Source of the DNA: Paraphysomonas bandaiensis
Taxonomy: Eukaryota; Protista; Chrysophyceae
Length of the DNA stretch: 64,000 nucleotides
NCBI GenBank assembly: GCA_965644295.1
Contig: CBFFRP010000272.1
Location: 1-64,000, forward strand
Reading direction: 5' to 3'
Shown: piece after piece, positions 11,342 to 23,333 of the stretch
How positions within the stretch are numbered: position 1 is the stretch's first letter
How the letters are laid out: every line of letters begins with the position of its first letter
The notes under the pieces: model-generated
What the model saw: the letters and a program-made list of their open reading frames with translations, nothing else
Told to the model about the DNA's origin: nothing
Databases searched by the model: none
Made by a program: the position numbers and the translations under genes

Positions 11342-13657
11342 TTAAATATTGGCATGTTGTGTGGTGTACACTTCACATAAAATCGAAGCAACCTGGTCAG
11401 ACGTAATTGGCTTCACTATGGCTCGACGAGCCCCGTGTGGCAAGTTTTCCGGAGATATATCGTTACCAGACACGATGAAGCATGGGATATCAGGGCGACT
11501 CAACCGAATATTTGCGATCAACGCATCCCCACCCATTTTTGGCATCTCTAAGTCGGTTATAACCCCCGCACAGATGTCAGAGTGCTGAAGAAACCATTCC
11601 CATGCCTCTGCTCCGTCGACGCATACGTGATGATGGCAATTCATGCTATTCAAATATCTCCCGATAATTTTCCGGATAACCAAACTGTCGTCAACAACAA
11701 GTATACACCCTGTACGCGCATAAATCACCGCGAAAAATAATACATGTTGAATTCCCACCATTTATGCTTTGTCCTGCCCGATGGCTTTGTGGTGGGAGTT
11801 CCGTCGATGTTGGTGCCATCAAGTCCAGAGCAAAGCGGACCCGGAAAGTGCTACCAGCCCCGGAAGTTGAGACTGTCATATCAAAGTCATCCTTCCCTGA
11901 CTGCGTCAGTTGCAGGTATAAATCAACTACGTGAGGAAGACCGGTACAGGAGGAACGCCCCCTACCAACGCCCGAGTTCTTGTAGGTAGGACTGCCCGCA
12001 GAGCCAACTTGCAGGCACTTAGAAGTTCCGAGATTCTCCTGAAGAAACTTAAATGCATGAGGTGGAAGCCCACCAGGGGCGTGATCAGTGACAGCCAGCA
12101 TAAATAAAAGACTGTTATCATGCTGCGTAAGGGTCATCTCAATACGGATTCCGAGAACTGGGTCTGTGTACCTGGTGAATGACATCAGTATGTTTAATGG
12201 ACAAGTAGAGAACAGAGTGAAATCATAACTAATACACAACACTCACCTGACAGCATTAGATATAACATTATCAACAATGGACTGCACATTTATGATTTCT
12301 CCAGCGGCGAATATAGCAGCGAAGTCCTGTGGTTGTGCTTCACGACCGTTGAGGGTAAACTTAAACTGTGTGTACAACGCTTGAATGCCTTCGGCTTGTG
12401 CAAAATGATGGGGAAAAGCCACCATACTGTTTACAAAATCCATCACACACATATGCATTTGAGACCTTTCGTATCTAAAGCCTGATCTATGAGGCCAACC
12501 GTGGTCTTAGAAGTATGAATTAATAGTTTAATGCTTTCGTATACCGACTCAAACTCCTCATCCAGATCCTTACACTGAGGCTTTTTAGCAAGTGCTTTCA
12601 CCTCCTCAAGAATGACCTTAGCCTGTTGCTCGAAGCTCGCATTTCGAATGCTGTGAAGCCACTGTCGCAGCATCTTTTGTATGCTTACAGCCTGCTTCAA
12701 CCGGGATGCCTCGATCTCCTGTGTTACGTCCACGCCCCTGGCGTAGTGTGTATTGTCAAGCGCGTTAAAGGTTATCTCCCAGTGTACACCTACAACCTGC
12801 CGCGTGACAGTACGATAAAAGAGGATTGCCACAGTAGGCTTCCGTTCAGAGGTGCCTGCAAGCTGCTGAGCTACTGCGTCAGTCTCCTTGGTATTAACGC
12901 CAAACGAGAGCAAGGGAAAGGCAAACATACGAGCGATAGAGTAGCCCAACAACGTAGCGAAATGAGGATCTACGTTGTGATAATGTGTCACTGGGAAGCG
13001 AGAAGACCCCACAAAAGAGTGATTGATACGATCGAATTCAGGTACCAAAGACAGGGGAAGAGCATTAAGCAGTCTCGTTTGCCTGTTACGCAAACGAGTC
13101 CACCCTTCTTGCTCAATCTTTATCTCCTCGTCTATCACAGCCAGTAGATCTTTAAAGTGGGAGTGTAATACTGTCCTACAGTTATCCTGAAATTCTCTTA
13201 CTCGTTTCATAACTCCCTCAGGAAGGCCGCCTTCCCTATATTGTCGCCAGTCATCAAGAGCAGCTTTGTTTTCACCTAAGCATCTTGTATGGTCAACTGG
13301 ACTACAACACCAAAAGTTTTCTACATATCAAATATAATTCTATGTAAATATATCACATAAATATATATACACACCAGATTCATCACAGAGTGGAGCAAGA
13401 ATATCTAACCACATCGATGACTTATCCTTCAATCTCTGCAGTTTATCAATACACTCTATATGATCACTAATCTCACGCTCATATCCTGCTTCCAGAGAGT
13501 ATAGTTTCCTCTGAAGATCATCAATCACTGTATCAATATCTTCTATCTGATTTATACATGCTCTAATTGTTGAATGGGCATCTTGTGCGATCAGGAAGGC
13601 ACTCTCCTCTATAGAGATATGATACAATACTTTAAATAATCGTTCACAATCAAACAT
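11342..13657 (-). CDS. hybrid sensor histidine kinase (coiled coil-PAS/PAC-HisKA-HATPase-receiver), ~5 exons
   Basis: PAS/PAC (FATLLGYS...ARGVDVTQE), H-box WLHSIRN, N-box IVDNVISNAVR, degenerate G boxes DHAPGG and GRSSCTGL, receiver ILVVDD...ITDLEMPKMGG...IVKP. Four ORFs can be joined by GT-AG introns. Confidence 0.85.
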
Positions 13658-14270
13658 AACTCAAGTGGCTATATATCTGACTCATCATATATGAGGTTTG
13701 TAACATGATGATGAACAAGAGTGACCATCACTCTAACTACAACACACACATACATATATACATACATACACATATCTTCCTTCTTCATCTTACCTTCAAT
13801 GATACGCATATCTATATATTGGATCTATACAGAGAAGTGATGTGTGCGGTGTGTGTCAGACCTCTGATTTTTCTTATCATTTTCAACAAAATACCCAATT
13901 TTCTAGCAATAGACACACTGTTTCTATAGAAAACACGCCACATCAGTCCTCATATTTATCACTGACGTAATTGTACATCGTTGGTCTCTATATAAAAAAA
14001 AAAGATGACGAACCTCAGAGGTGTGGTTCCTACAGCACTTGACTCTAAAAATCGAGAATTTTAGATTAGATATCCGGATATTCAGTATTCAGTGCTGTTG
14101 GCCATAAAATAAGGGGTAAGAGATATGCAGTGCAATGAGCTTATGATGATGCACTGCACCCCTCTGAAGTTACGATAAGTTTAACGGAACAGCGTATGAT
14201 ATGCCCATAATGATATCGTTCATTATTATACTCAACCCATATTGATATTCAATACATCTCTTAATAAACG

Positions 14271-16202
14271 ATGTACTTCACAGGGTTACTTACCCTCCTC
14301 TTCACTGTCACGACGAGTGCTGCGCATGTTGCAAGGAACTCTTCATTCCCTCATCCATCCTTAAACTGTGATAACTTGAAAGTCAAAGATGCCCTCGACT
14401 GGCTTATTTCTCAACAGGGATCTAGTGGACTGGTTCTCAGCTTTATATCAAGTGAAAGCTGGACTCTTGATCGTGGATATGCCTACGACAATGCTGTGGC
14501 TGCTATATCTCTTATGCTCAACTCAGATCATTCAGAGTCTGAGTATCTTATGGCCGCTGAAGATATTCTTACTGGATTAGAGAATGGTCTGCATACTGAT
14601 GCAACTGACCCCTCTCTGCGTATGGTGCCTTTTTACTTTGACATCAACACCAACACTGGTGCTGGTGCATATCGTACTGGGACTGCCGCTTGGGTGGCTG
14701 AAGCTTTTGCTCTACATTGGCTAATTACTGGCCAGGATACATACTCCTCTAGTCTTCAAGGAATTACTCAGTGGATGCTGCTGATGCTGAACGCCACTGG
14801 AACTAAGAACTGTATTCAAGGTGGTCCAGATGTCACATGGTGTTCTACCGAACACATGATAGATTCGTATTTCGTTTTTCACCTTACGAACTATTTGACG
14901 AACAACTCTGAATATTTGCACGCGGCGGAAGTAATTGCAGCATCTCTTTATGACTCCGAGTTTTGGAACGACTCTAACGGTCGCTTCAATCAAGGATATC
15001 AAGACCCCTATATGGCTCTCGACACGCAGAGCTGGGGAAGCGTCTGGTTACTGAGTAACGGAATTAATGGGACTCTTGGCCAGATGAGAGCAGATGACGC
15101 TTTAACATTTGCTGACTCGTATTTTCTTAGCTACCAAATGAGCATTCTTGGCGGTATGGCCAAAGGGTACGGACCCTACGCGGATTCGTCAAACGGGTTT
15201 CACTCAGAGGCTGTTTGGAGTGAAGGATCTCTAGGTGTGGCACTTGCACATCTTCGCAAAGGCGATACTGCTTATGCAAAGATGATAGTTGAAGACCTCA
15301 TGAGTCTAATTGGAACTGATGGGTCACTCCTTTACGTGGCTAATAAAACTACTGTTGACGTCAGCGGAGAAACGTTTTATCCTTTCCCATCAGCGGCAGG
15401 AACTGCTTGGCTAGGACTTACGTGCTCCTCCACGCAGTCTGTATTCTGGAATGCAGATGAGAAAATGTATAATGAAGTGAAGGGATCGTACTTGTCATTC
15501 AATGACTATCGAAACCACACGAGCAACACTACCGAAATAAATTATGGGTTCGATTATGAGGCATATGATACCCTAGCTCTGCCCAGACTCGTAGCGTTCC
15601 GTCAGACTAAAAAACGTTCCATCGGGGTCAAAGACTGCATGGTCCTTTCCCAAAATAAATTTTCCCATAAAACTATATATGCAGATAGCGGTGTAATACT
15701 GATGCCGACTGTAATGGAGGGAGGATATATGAGTGGGTATATTGCCTTACGGATCGGTAACGCGCGGACTAACCTCATGGCTACCCAAACCAATATTTCT
15801 TTTTATTTTGGTGATGGTGATGTATCGGTAACATATACTCGTCGTCTGGGCTCAAACATTCCTTATGTGACGCTGTCTGACACCACCAATGTAAATGGTG
15901 TGCCGACAGAACTCCATGGAGGCTTCAATGTAGCTTTTTTCCACGCCGGCATAGAGCTGCAAGAGGGAAACTGGGATATAATTACCGGACCTACTACTGT
16001 GGATGTGAAGTGGCAATTCGATCTAAATAAGGCAATGGATGCATCGGGAAATTCATACTTCTATCCTTATCAAGATTATGCAATGGAATTTCTTGTCGTC
16101 AGAAGTAGACCGAGGGCGAATGGTACAATAAAACGGCGTGATAAGGAGTGTGTGCGGGTTACCGGTCTTAATATTGTTGACTCCACCACATCGTACTACT
16201 AA
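14271..16202 (+). CDS. secreted intronless protein with probable (alpha/alpha)6 six-hairpin glycosidase-like domain and a C-terminal beta-rich domain
   Basis: 643-aa single ORF with signal peptide MYFTGLLTLLFTVTTSA. Motifs YAYDNAVAAI, WCSTEH, ALDTQSW, VWSEGS and AGTAW recall bacterial six-hairpin proteins. Confidence 0.6.
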   Translation: MYFTGLLTLLFTVTTSAAHVARNSSFPHPSLNCDNLKVKDALDWLISQQGSSGLVLSFISSESWTLDRGYAYDNAVAAISLMLNSDHSESEYLMAAEDILTGLENGLHTDATDPSLRMVPFYFDINTNTGAGAYRTGTAAWVAEAFALHWLITGQDTYSSSLQGITQWMLLMLNATGTKNCIQGGPDVTWCSTEHMIDSYFVFHLTNYLTNNSEYLHAAEVIAASLYDSEFWNDSNGRFNQGYQDPYMALDTQSWGSVWLLSNGINGTLGQMRADDALTFADSYFLSYQMSILGGMAKGYGPYADSSNGFHSEAVWSEGSLGVALAHLRKGDTAYAKMIVEDLMSLIGTDGSLLYVANKTTVDVSGETFYPFPSAAGTAWLGLTCSSTQSVFWNADEKMYNEVKGSYLSFNDYRNHTSNTTEINYGFDYEAYDTLALPRLVAFRQTKKRSIGVKDCMVLSQNKFSHKTIYADSGVILMPTVMEGGYMSGYIALRIGNARTNLMATQTNISFYFGDGDVSVTYTRRLGSNIPYVTLSDTTNVNGVPTELHGGFNVAFFHAGIELQEGNWDIITGPTTVDVKWQFDLNKAMDASGNSYFYPYQDYAMEFLVVRSRPRANGTIKRRDKECVRVTGLNIVDSTTSYY

Positions 16203-16671
16203 TATATTCGAGTTCTCGTACGTGTTTTTATCACGACAGATATCTAAAAGTGTATGACGCGTGTACGTTATTTTTTTTCGAATTTAGTTATTACCAGAAT
16301 GTTAAATGATTAAATCTTATACTAATAAGACGACGGTGAATGTTGTGAAATGTGTCAAAGTTGAACCTGTACTATAGGAGACTGAAGTGATGATATGACC
16401 AGGAATGCTTGAGCATCACTACTTGCAACATTTATATTCTTGCCTTCCTCTTTCATGTAGACAATGTAGAGACCACGGGTAATATGGAGTGTGTATTGAT
16501 TGTATTGACGTATTGATTTCTGGTCATTTATTTTATACCTTAGATTGATTAAGAGAAGTTATGTCGTCAGACAAGGTAGATTATTATATTATAACTATTT
16601 TACAGACAACTAATCACCAACATAATTTCATCATTATGATAGTTACTACGTTACTACGTTACTACTGATTA

Positions 16672-17631
16672 ACCCTCAACAACAATGTCGGACTCGCACC
16701 TTTTTGTGGTGTTCTGGGGGGTAAGTACCAAAGATATTTCTCCAGGAAACTAACGTGAGCCGCATAAGTAGTCAGCAGATATTGTTCTACCCACTCAGAG
16801 CTAATCAGTAGTAACGTAGTACAGGGTTAATGTGTAGACGTCTTTGGGCCTTGACGAATACGCAGGCATCCGGGAACGGGTCACCTTAAGGACATCCGGG
16901 GTAAATCAAGCATCGGGCCAGTTCACCTTAAGGACAGAGAGCGAAAGGGTTGCACCTTGGTGCTTGCGGTGATGCACAAGCAGCTTAGCGTTAAATTCGT
17001 AGCGTTAAATTGTCGGACGCCACATATCCAGCTCACTGCTCGAGCATCAGTTACACGCCCTCTAAATATCCATCACCTCTATCCTGCTCCCCCTATACAA
17101 CGGAGGGCTCCGTATGCTTCGAAATAGAGGACTCAGACACCACAACGCAGACACAACACCAGCCCCAGGATACTTACCCGACACCAAAAATACTCCAGCT
17201 GCTCCAGGCGACATCCACCCCAAGAATTATACCCTCTGCAAGAGTCCGAACCCGCAACCACTCCGGAAACAACTCATCCTTACTTGTGGCCGAAACCCCA
17301 CTTCGACAACCAGCACCATCTCCACTACCGACTTACACTCTCATATACATTTCGCCCCATTCACTCCTCACATAATCCATGGCACAGGCTCGCCAGACAC
17401 ATTTCCCAAAGGTAGACCCCCCCGACTAACCTCAATACAAGGGACGGTTGCACCATGGTGCTTGCAGCGATATGCACAAAAGCAGCCCCGAGACGGTTAC
17501 CCGCCACTAGTAGTATATTGCAAGCCCAGTTATTAGTTAGTCTATAGATGTAAAACTAGTTTTTGTTTTTTATGTAATAATCAGACATTCTTATACTATA
17601 TAGCGTTAAATTGTAGGATATCAGAGTTAAG
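16672..17631 (+). mobile_element. family B copy interrupted by a family A LINE fragment
   Basis: B blocks at 16672-17013 resume at 17601 (tagcgttaaattgtaggatatcagagttaag). Confidence 0.65.
17014..17600 (+). mobile_element. 5'-truncated family A LINE fragment with 14-bp TSD
   Basis: Matches 21351-21975 of the long copy. Flanked by tagcgttaaattgt at 17000-17013 and 17601-17614. Confidence 0.88.
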
Positions 17632-17760
17632 TCGAGGAAATACCAAAACCTGGTGAAATGTATGAAACCTGGTGAAATTTTTGATGATGGTTGGAAAAGA
17701 GTATAACTATGCACAATAACTAACTATGAAGATATTAACAGCGTGAAAAGTGTATAAAAG

Positions 17761-18294
17761 AAAGTCTGATTATTACATGAGAACGGTTGTGCACAGAAAC
17801 TAATTATACATCTATAGACTAACTAATAACTGGACTTGCAATATTATACTACTAGTGGTGGGTAACCGTCTCGGGACTGCTTGTGCATCGCTGCAAGCAC
17901 CATGGTGCAACCGTCCCTTGTATTGAGGTTAGTCGGGGGGGTCTACCTTTGGGAAATGTGTCTGGCGAGCCTGTGTCATGGATTATGTGAGGAGTGAATG
18001 GGGCGAAATGTATATGAGAGTGTAAGTCGGTAGTGGAGATGGTGCTGGTTGTCGAAGTGGGGTTTCGGCCACAAGTAAGGATGAGTTGTTTCCGGAGTGG
18101 TTACGGTTGCCTCTGTCGGGTTCGGACTCTTGCAGAGGGTATAATTCTTGGGGTGGATGTCGCCTGGAGCAGCTGGAGTACTTTTGGTGTCGGGTGAGTA
18201 TCCTGGGACTGGCGTTGCTGTAAGTGTGTCGGTGTCGTGACCGGTGTTATTGGTGCCGTGTCTGCGTTGTGATGTCTGAGTCCCCTACTACGAA
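17761..18294 (-). mobile_element. 5'-truncated family A LINE fragment (inverted)
   Basis: Reverse complement is nearly identical to ~23380-23902. Confidence 0.9.
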
Positions 18295-18419
18295 TGTGTG
18301 AAAAGTATTTTTTATAATATTTTTTACTGATTTCTTCCATATTACTTCAGTTCTACAGCAATAAAAGTCACCGACTACACATATAATATATTACATACAG
18401 TTCACAAGTATGAACTAAA

Positions 18420-19284
18420 ACCATAATATCTCACTATATACACCCATACACCATCTCACTATGCATCACTATACCATCAAATTATATACCACTATACTAC
18501 CTAACTATACATCACTATAAACAATCTCACTATATACATACCACTATACCATCTGATCTCACTATACACCCATATACCATCTCACTATATACCACTATAT
18601 CATCAAACTATACATACCACTATACTACCTAACTATACATCACTATACCATCTCACTATATACATACCACTATACCATCAAACTATATACATACCACTAT
18701 ACCATCTCACTATACACCCATATACCATCTCACTATATACCACTTAACCACCTCATTATGCATCACTATACCATCAAATAATTATATACTACTATACTAC
18801 CTATATAACTATACATCACTATACCATCAAATTATATTATACCACTATACTACCTATCACTATACATCACTATACCATCTCACTATATACCCATATAACA
18901 TCAAACTATATACCACTATATACCACCAAACTATATACATACCACTATACCATCTCACTATATAATATCACTATACCATCAAACCATATACCACTATACC
19001 ACCTAACTATACATCACTATACCATCTCACTATATTCATACCACTATACCATCAAACTATATACATACCACTATACCATCTGATCTCACTATACACCCAT
19101 ATACCATCATCTCACTATGCACCCATATACCATCTCACTATATACCACTATACCACTATATCATCAAACTATATATACCACTATACTACCTAACTTTGTA
19201 TCACTATACCACCTCACTATATACCACTATATCATCAAACCATATACCACTATACTACCTAACTATACATACATCACTATACCA
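18420..19284. repeat. G-poor complex satellite (CACTATA/CCATCT units), left part
   Basis: Dozens of variable 8-15 nt units such as ccatctcactata, ccactata and catcactata; almost no G on the + strand. Confidence 0.95.
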
Positions 19285-21977
19285 ATGATCCTATGCTGGT
19301 CTGACCTACATGAGGCGTACGCAGATGACCTCTCCCAAATCACAACTTCCATTGAGGCCACTCAGCTCAAGGCCGACAAACTCTCATCCTTCTGCGCCTT
19401 CTCCGGAATGCAACTAAACATCCCCAAAACTAAATGCATTGCCCTGGGAGCCCCATTTGCGGTGACGGCCATGTTAGAATCAAACCCACACATCATCATA
19501 AGAGACTGGAACTGGTGCCCACACCCCATCCCCATCCGAACAACCACCAATTCCACCAAGTATCTCGGCGTACAACTTCCATTCTCAGTAAAGGACACCG
19601 ACTCCCACAGCTGGTGCACCACCTACATAGCCACATCCACGGCAGTTCTACGATCCAAATGCGCGACACCTGACTGCAAGCTACTCGTCCTCAACACACA
19701 AATACTCCCGACCCTACTATACAAGGCCACCAAAGCATCCTGGACATACGCTAAATACATCGCCATAGACAAACTACTCGCGCAGGCCGCTAGGAAAATA
19801 CTCCGTCTCCCCGCTGGATATCCCACGGATCTTATCTACCTTCCCCCGAAATACAAAGGGCTTGGACTGCGCAAATTTTCAACCCACGCCCAGACTCAGA
19901 AATGGCATACTCTTCAACGAGCTCTCACACTCGGAGGACAGCCCAAGAGTGCGGCCATATCGCTCTTGCAACGCTACGAGCACCCCCCCCAGGACGTTGA
20001 CACGTACATCACCAGTCTGGTACAATGGGGGCAACAACTAGGCATCAGAATACAACCTCCCTCCCCAGCTACGCCACAATTCCGAGCTACCATTGACAAA
20101 GTCCAATCACAGCTACAACTGTACAATGATCACAAATATGCTTACAAAGCCATCTTCACGGATGGATCCTTCACACGCACACACCTCACCCCTGCTCACC
20201 TACTCGGCAACACCCACACACAGCCCAATTCTCACGACGGAGGAGCTGCAATTGTATGGCTCCCGCCCAAGAACACCTGGGGTCACAGACAAACCAAAAT
20301 CCTACAACTTACGGCACCACAGTACACAGCGCCTGGCCTCAACGCATACACCTACGAAACCCTTGCAATGTCAGCAGCACTGACATTCTCCAATGTACTC
20401 CACTCTTCCGTGCCAATCTGGACTGACTGCCAGGCGGTACAGACGCGGACCAAAGAGGCCCTCTCACACAGACGGCGCGCCCTCGGAACAAAGCCCCAGG
20501 GAATATTTTACGAATGCCTCGCCACCACAGCTCTTAAACAGCGCCCAATACAATGGACGCGTTCGCACCCCGAACGTAGAACACAAGATCAAAGCAACTG
20601 GACCTACACTGACCACGGCATTTATATAGCTGACGCCGCCGCCAGCGGCGACTGGAAGACACTAGACAAAGTGCTCGGAGCCTCCAACTACAGTGTTGTC
20701 ACAACAGACGCTACGCACATACTGGAAGAATTCTTCACCACGGGTCAATGGCACTGGCGTAGATACGATACACACCTCCTCACAGACCTCGGTCCTATGC
20801 TAGGAGACGTTACAGATCTCCACCACCAGTGGGACCTCCATCAATACACCCTCCGACGAGATAGCATGTATGCTGCACAAACGCAACGAGACCCGCAGTA
20901 TTGGACACGCAGCGGAACAAGGCTCCCACACAAGCTCCATCCCCTCCGTACCCATAACTCCTCCAAACACTACATCCCCCTCGCAGAGCGTATACGCGAG
21001 ACGGCATACGTATGGGACAAATCCTTTGCAATGGGTAGAAACCGAGCCAAAGGAAAATCCGGACACGATCGCACAACGGCTTCCACATGCGCAGACTGTG
21101 CACACCCCACAGACAACAACATGGCGCACATGCTTCTCACCTGCACTCACCCTGACATCATTCACATACGTGAAGACGTCCACCAAGCACACCACAATAA
21201 GCTTGACAAACTTCGCACGCGCACGCTCCCCCATCCCTGGTTTTACACCGCCATAACCAAACTAGCCAAAGCCGCATGGAACCCAGCCACCCCCCAGGTT
21301 GAGCGCTACTGGACCGGCCACATTACTGCCACACAAATGGCCGACGCATTCGGACGCCACATATCCAGCTCACTGCTCGAACATCAATTCCACGCCCTAG
21401 AAAAATCCATCGCCTCTATCCTACTCCCCCTATATGATGGAGGGCTCCGCATGCTTCGCAATAGGGGACACAGACACCACAACGTAGACACGGCACCGGC
21501 GACACCGGTCCCGACACACGCAAAGCCCCGCCAGCCCCAGGATACCCACCCGACACCAAAAGTACTCCAGCTACTCCAGGCGACATCCACCCCACGAACT
21601 ACACTCTCTGCAAGAGCCCAGACCCGACAGAGGCAAGCGCAACCACTCCGGAAACAACTTCTCCTTACTTGTAGCCGAAACCCCACCTCAACAACCAGCA
21701 CCATCTCCACCACCGACTTGCACTCTCATATACAACTCGCCTCACCCACCCCCCACATAATCCATGGCACAGGCCCGCCAGACACATTGCCCAAAGGTAG
21801 ACCCCCCGACTAACCTCACTACAAGGGACGGTTGCACCATGGTGCTCGCAGCGATGCACAAGCAGTCCCGAGACGGTTGCCCGCCACTAGTAGTATATAG
21901 CAAATCTAGTTATTAGCTAGTCTATAGACATAAACTAGTTTCTGTACGCAACCGTACTCATGTAATAATCAGACTTT
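19285..21977 (+). mobile_element. 5'-truncated non-LTR retrotransposon (family A): RT C-terminus, RNase H, CCHC knuckle, 3'UTR; 17-bp TSD
   Basis: ORF open to TAA 21811-21813. RT motifs AYADD, LNIPKT, KYLG, LIYLPPKYKGLGL; RNase H FTDGS..E..WTDC..RSH..AD; CADC..H..C. TSD catacatcactatacca at 19268-19284 and 21978-21994. Confidence 0.92.
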
Positions 21978-22930
21978 CATACATCACTATACCATCTCAT
22001 TATATACATACCACTATACCATCTCACTATACACCCATATACCATCTCACTATATACCACTTTACCACCTCACTATGAATCACTATACCATCAAATAATT
22101 ATATACCACTATACTACCTATATAACTATACATCACTATACAATCAAATTATATTATACCACTATACTACCTATAATTATACATCACTATACCATCTCAC
22201 TATATACCCATATACCATCAAACTATATACCACTATACCACAAAACTATATACCACTATACCATCTCACTATATAATATCACTATACCATCAAACCATAT
22301 ACCACTATACCACCTAACTATACATCACTATATACCATCTCACTATATACATACCACTATACCATCTGATCTCACTATACACCCATATACCATCTCCCTA
22401 TACACCCATATACCATCTCACTATATACCCATATACCACTATACCATCAAACTATATATACCACTATACTACCTAACTTTGCATCACTATACCATCTCAC
22501 TATATAATATCACTATACCATCAAACCATATACCACTATACTACCTAACTATACATCACTATACCATCTCACTATATTCATACCACTATACCATCAAACT
22601 ATATACATACCACTATACCATCTGATCTTACTATACACCCATATACCATCTCACTATATACCACTATACCATCTCACTATATACCACTATACCATCAAAC
22701 TATATACATACCACTATACCATCTCACTATATACCACTACTATACCATCTCACTATACACCCATGCACCATCTCACTATATACCACTTTACCATCTCACT
22801 ATACACCACTGTACCATCTCACTATATACCACTATACCATCAATTTATATACCACTATACCACCAAACTATATACCACTATACCATCTCACTATATACCA
22901 CTATACCATCTCACTATATACCCAGATACC
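21978..22930. repeat. G-poor complex satellite, right part
   Basis: Same units as 18420-19284. Block ~22018-22330 is a higher-order duplicate of ~18701-19030. Confidence 0.95.
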
Positions 22931-23333
22931 GTCTCTAATTAACTTTTAAGCACTAGTTAGTTAAATAAATTGTGTTGGTATATTAGTTCTGACTCTTACA
23001 TACATGCCTAGTGCTAATAGTCAGATATTTACTACTACTTTCTGACCGATTAATTGACTATTAATTGATACTAAGCGCTCTCAAGTAGCTATGCATTATC
23101 TGCAAACATAACTTGTTGCTCAACTACCATTTTATTCCAGAAGCGGCGATTTATATATGCAAAAACATGCCCTCAACAAAAAGTCGGACTCGCAACTCTT
23201 CGTGGTGCCTCTCTGGTGCCATCAGACTCTTCTCGACTCCCTGTTTCTGGATATATATTCCGGAGAAACCTCGTATCCAACTGGTGTTTAACTATCCCTT
23301 CTCTTCTCAGTGTTTCTTGCTATTTGGCTAAAA

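Noticed and set aside
12400-12470. Apparent -1 frameshift in the histidine kinase
   Set aside because: A 56-nt intron (GTGTGT donor, pyrimidine tract, AAG acceptor) restores the frame and no slippery heptamer is present. RNA data are needed, so no recoding is claimed.
19117-19284. N-terminal 56 aa of the 898-aa ORF
   Set aside because: Read-through of satellite DNA upstream of the TSD-defined 5' truncation point.
18420-22930. CRISPR-like or canonical telomeric array
   Set aside because: No constant repeat with unique spacers, no cas genes, and units are not TTAGGG/TTTAGGG-like.
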